From: an uncultured Gammaproteobacteria bacterium | GTDB taxonomy: Bacteria; Patescibacteriota; Microgenomatia; Woykebacterales; RBG-16-39-9b | Assembly (NCBI GenBank): GCA_964367355.1 | Contig: CAYIWY010000007.1 | Span: 37,961 to 82,253 of the forward strand | Length of the DNA: 44,293 nt | Reading direction: 5' to 3' | Shown here: one piece after another, positions 44,252-44,293 of the stretch | How positions within the stretch are numbered: position 1 is the first letter of the stretch | How the letters are laid out: the number at the start of each line of letters is the position of its first letter | Translations under genes and position numbers: made by a program | Notes under the pieces: generated by a model | What the model was told of the DNA's origin: nothing | Seen by the model: the letters and a program-made list of their open reading frames with translations, nothing else | Database searches by the model: none

Positions 44252-44293
44252 ACGAAATGCACCACTTAAGGTAAAATTACTAACCTTAAGGAG

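Overview
Gene-dense bacterial fragment. My inference only: it resembles a small-genome, monoderm, Patescibacteria/CPR-like organism (giant fibre proteins, divergent housekeeping genes). Layout, left to right: (1) A giant minus-strand gene (nt 1-10162, at least 3387 codons) that is absent from the supplied ORF track because it runs off the left edge. (2) An F-type ATPase operon, b-delta-alpha-gamma-beta-epsilon (11498-16865), with no atpB or atpE. It is headed instead by a secreted protein whose C-terminus is a c-subunit-like hairpin without the ion-binding carboxylate. (3) A STAS-like gene and a structured, repeat-rich spacer. (4) A signalling cluster (17839-26938): CheY-like receiver, secreted FN3/Ig/thioredoxin-like protein, three output-less sensor proteins (dCache-like, CHASE4-like, PAS-PAS), a hybrid-free histidine kinase, and a second receiver. 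(5) A class-A beta-lactamase-like hydrolase. (6) A second giant fibre protein (27969-32960, minus). (7) An IS200-like HUH/Y1 REP-associated transposase (RAYT) flanked by REP-type hairpins. (8) Three secreted surface proteins on the minus strand. (9) leuS carrying two copies of an in-frame ~80-nt repeat. (10) A metalloprotease-like gene. (11) A BrnT/BrnA toxin-antitoxin pair bracketed by 36-bp direct repeats. (12) A third fibre gene split by a frameshift (41313-44251). Two dispersed palindrome families run through the window. One is RAYT-type REP hairpins (5 sites). The other is TTGACAAGG-N5-CCTTGTCAA (6 sites, two of them inside coding sequence in different reading frames). No rRNA, tRNA, CRISPR array or reverse transcriptase was found. 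All domain calls come from reading the translations by eye, with no database search.
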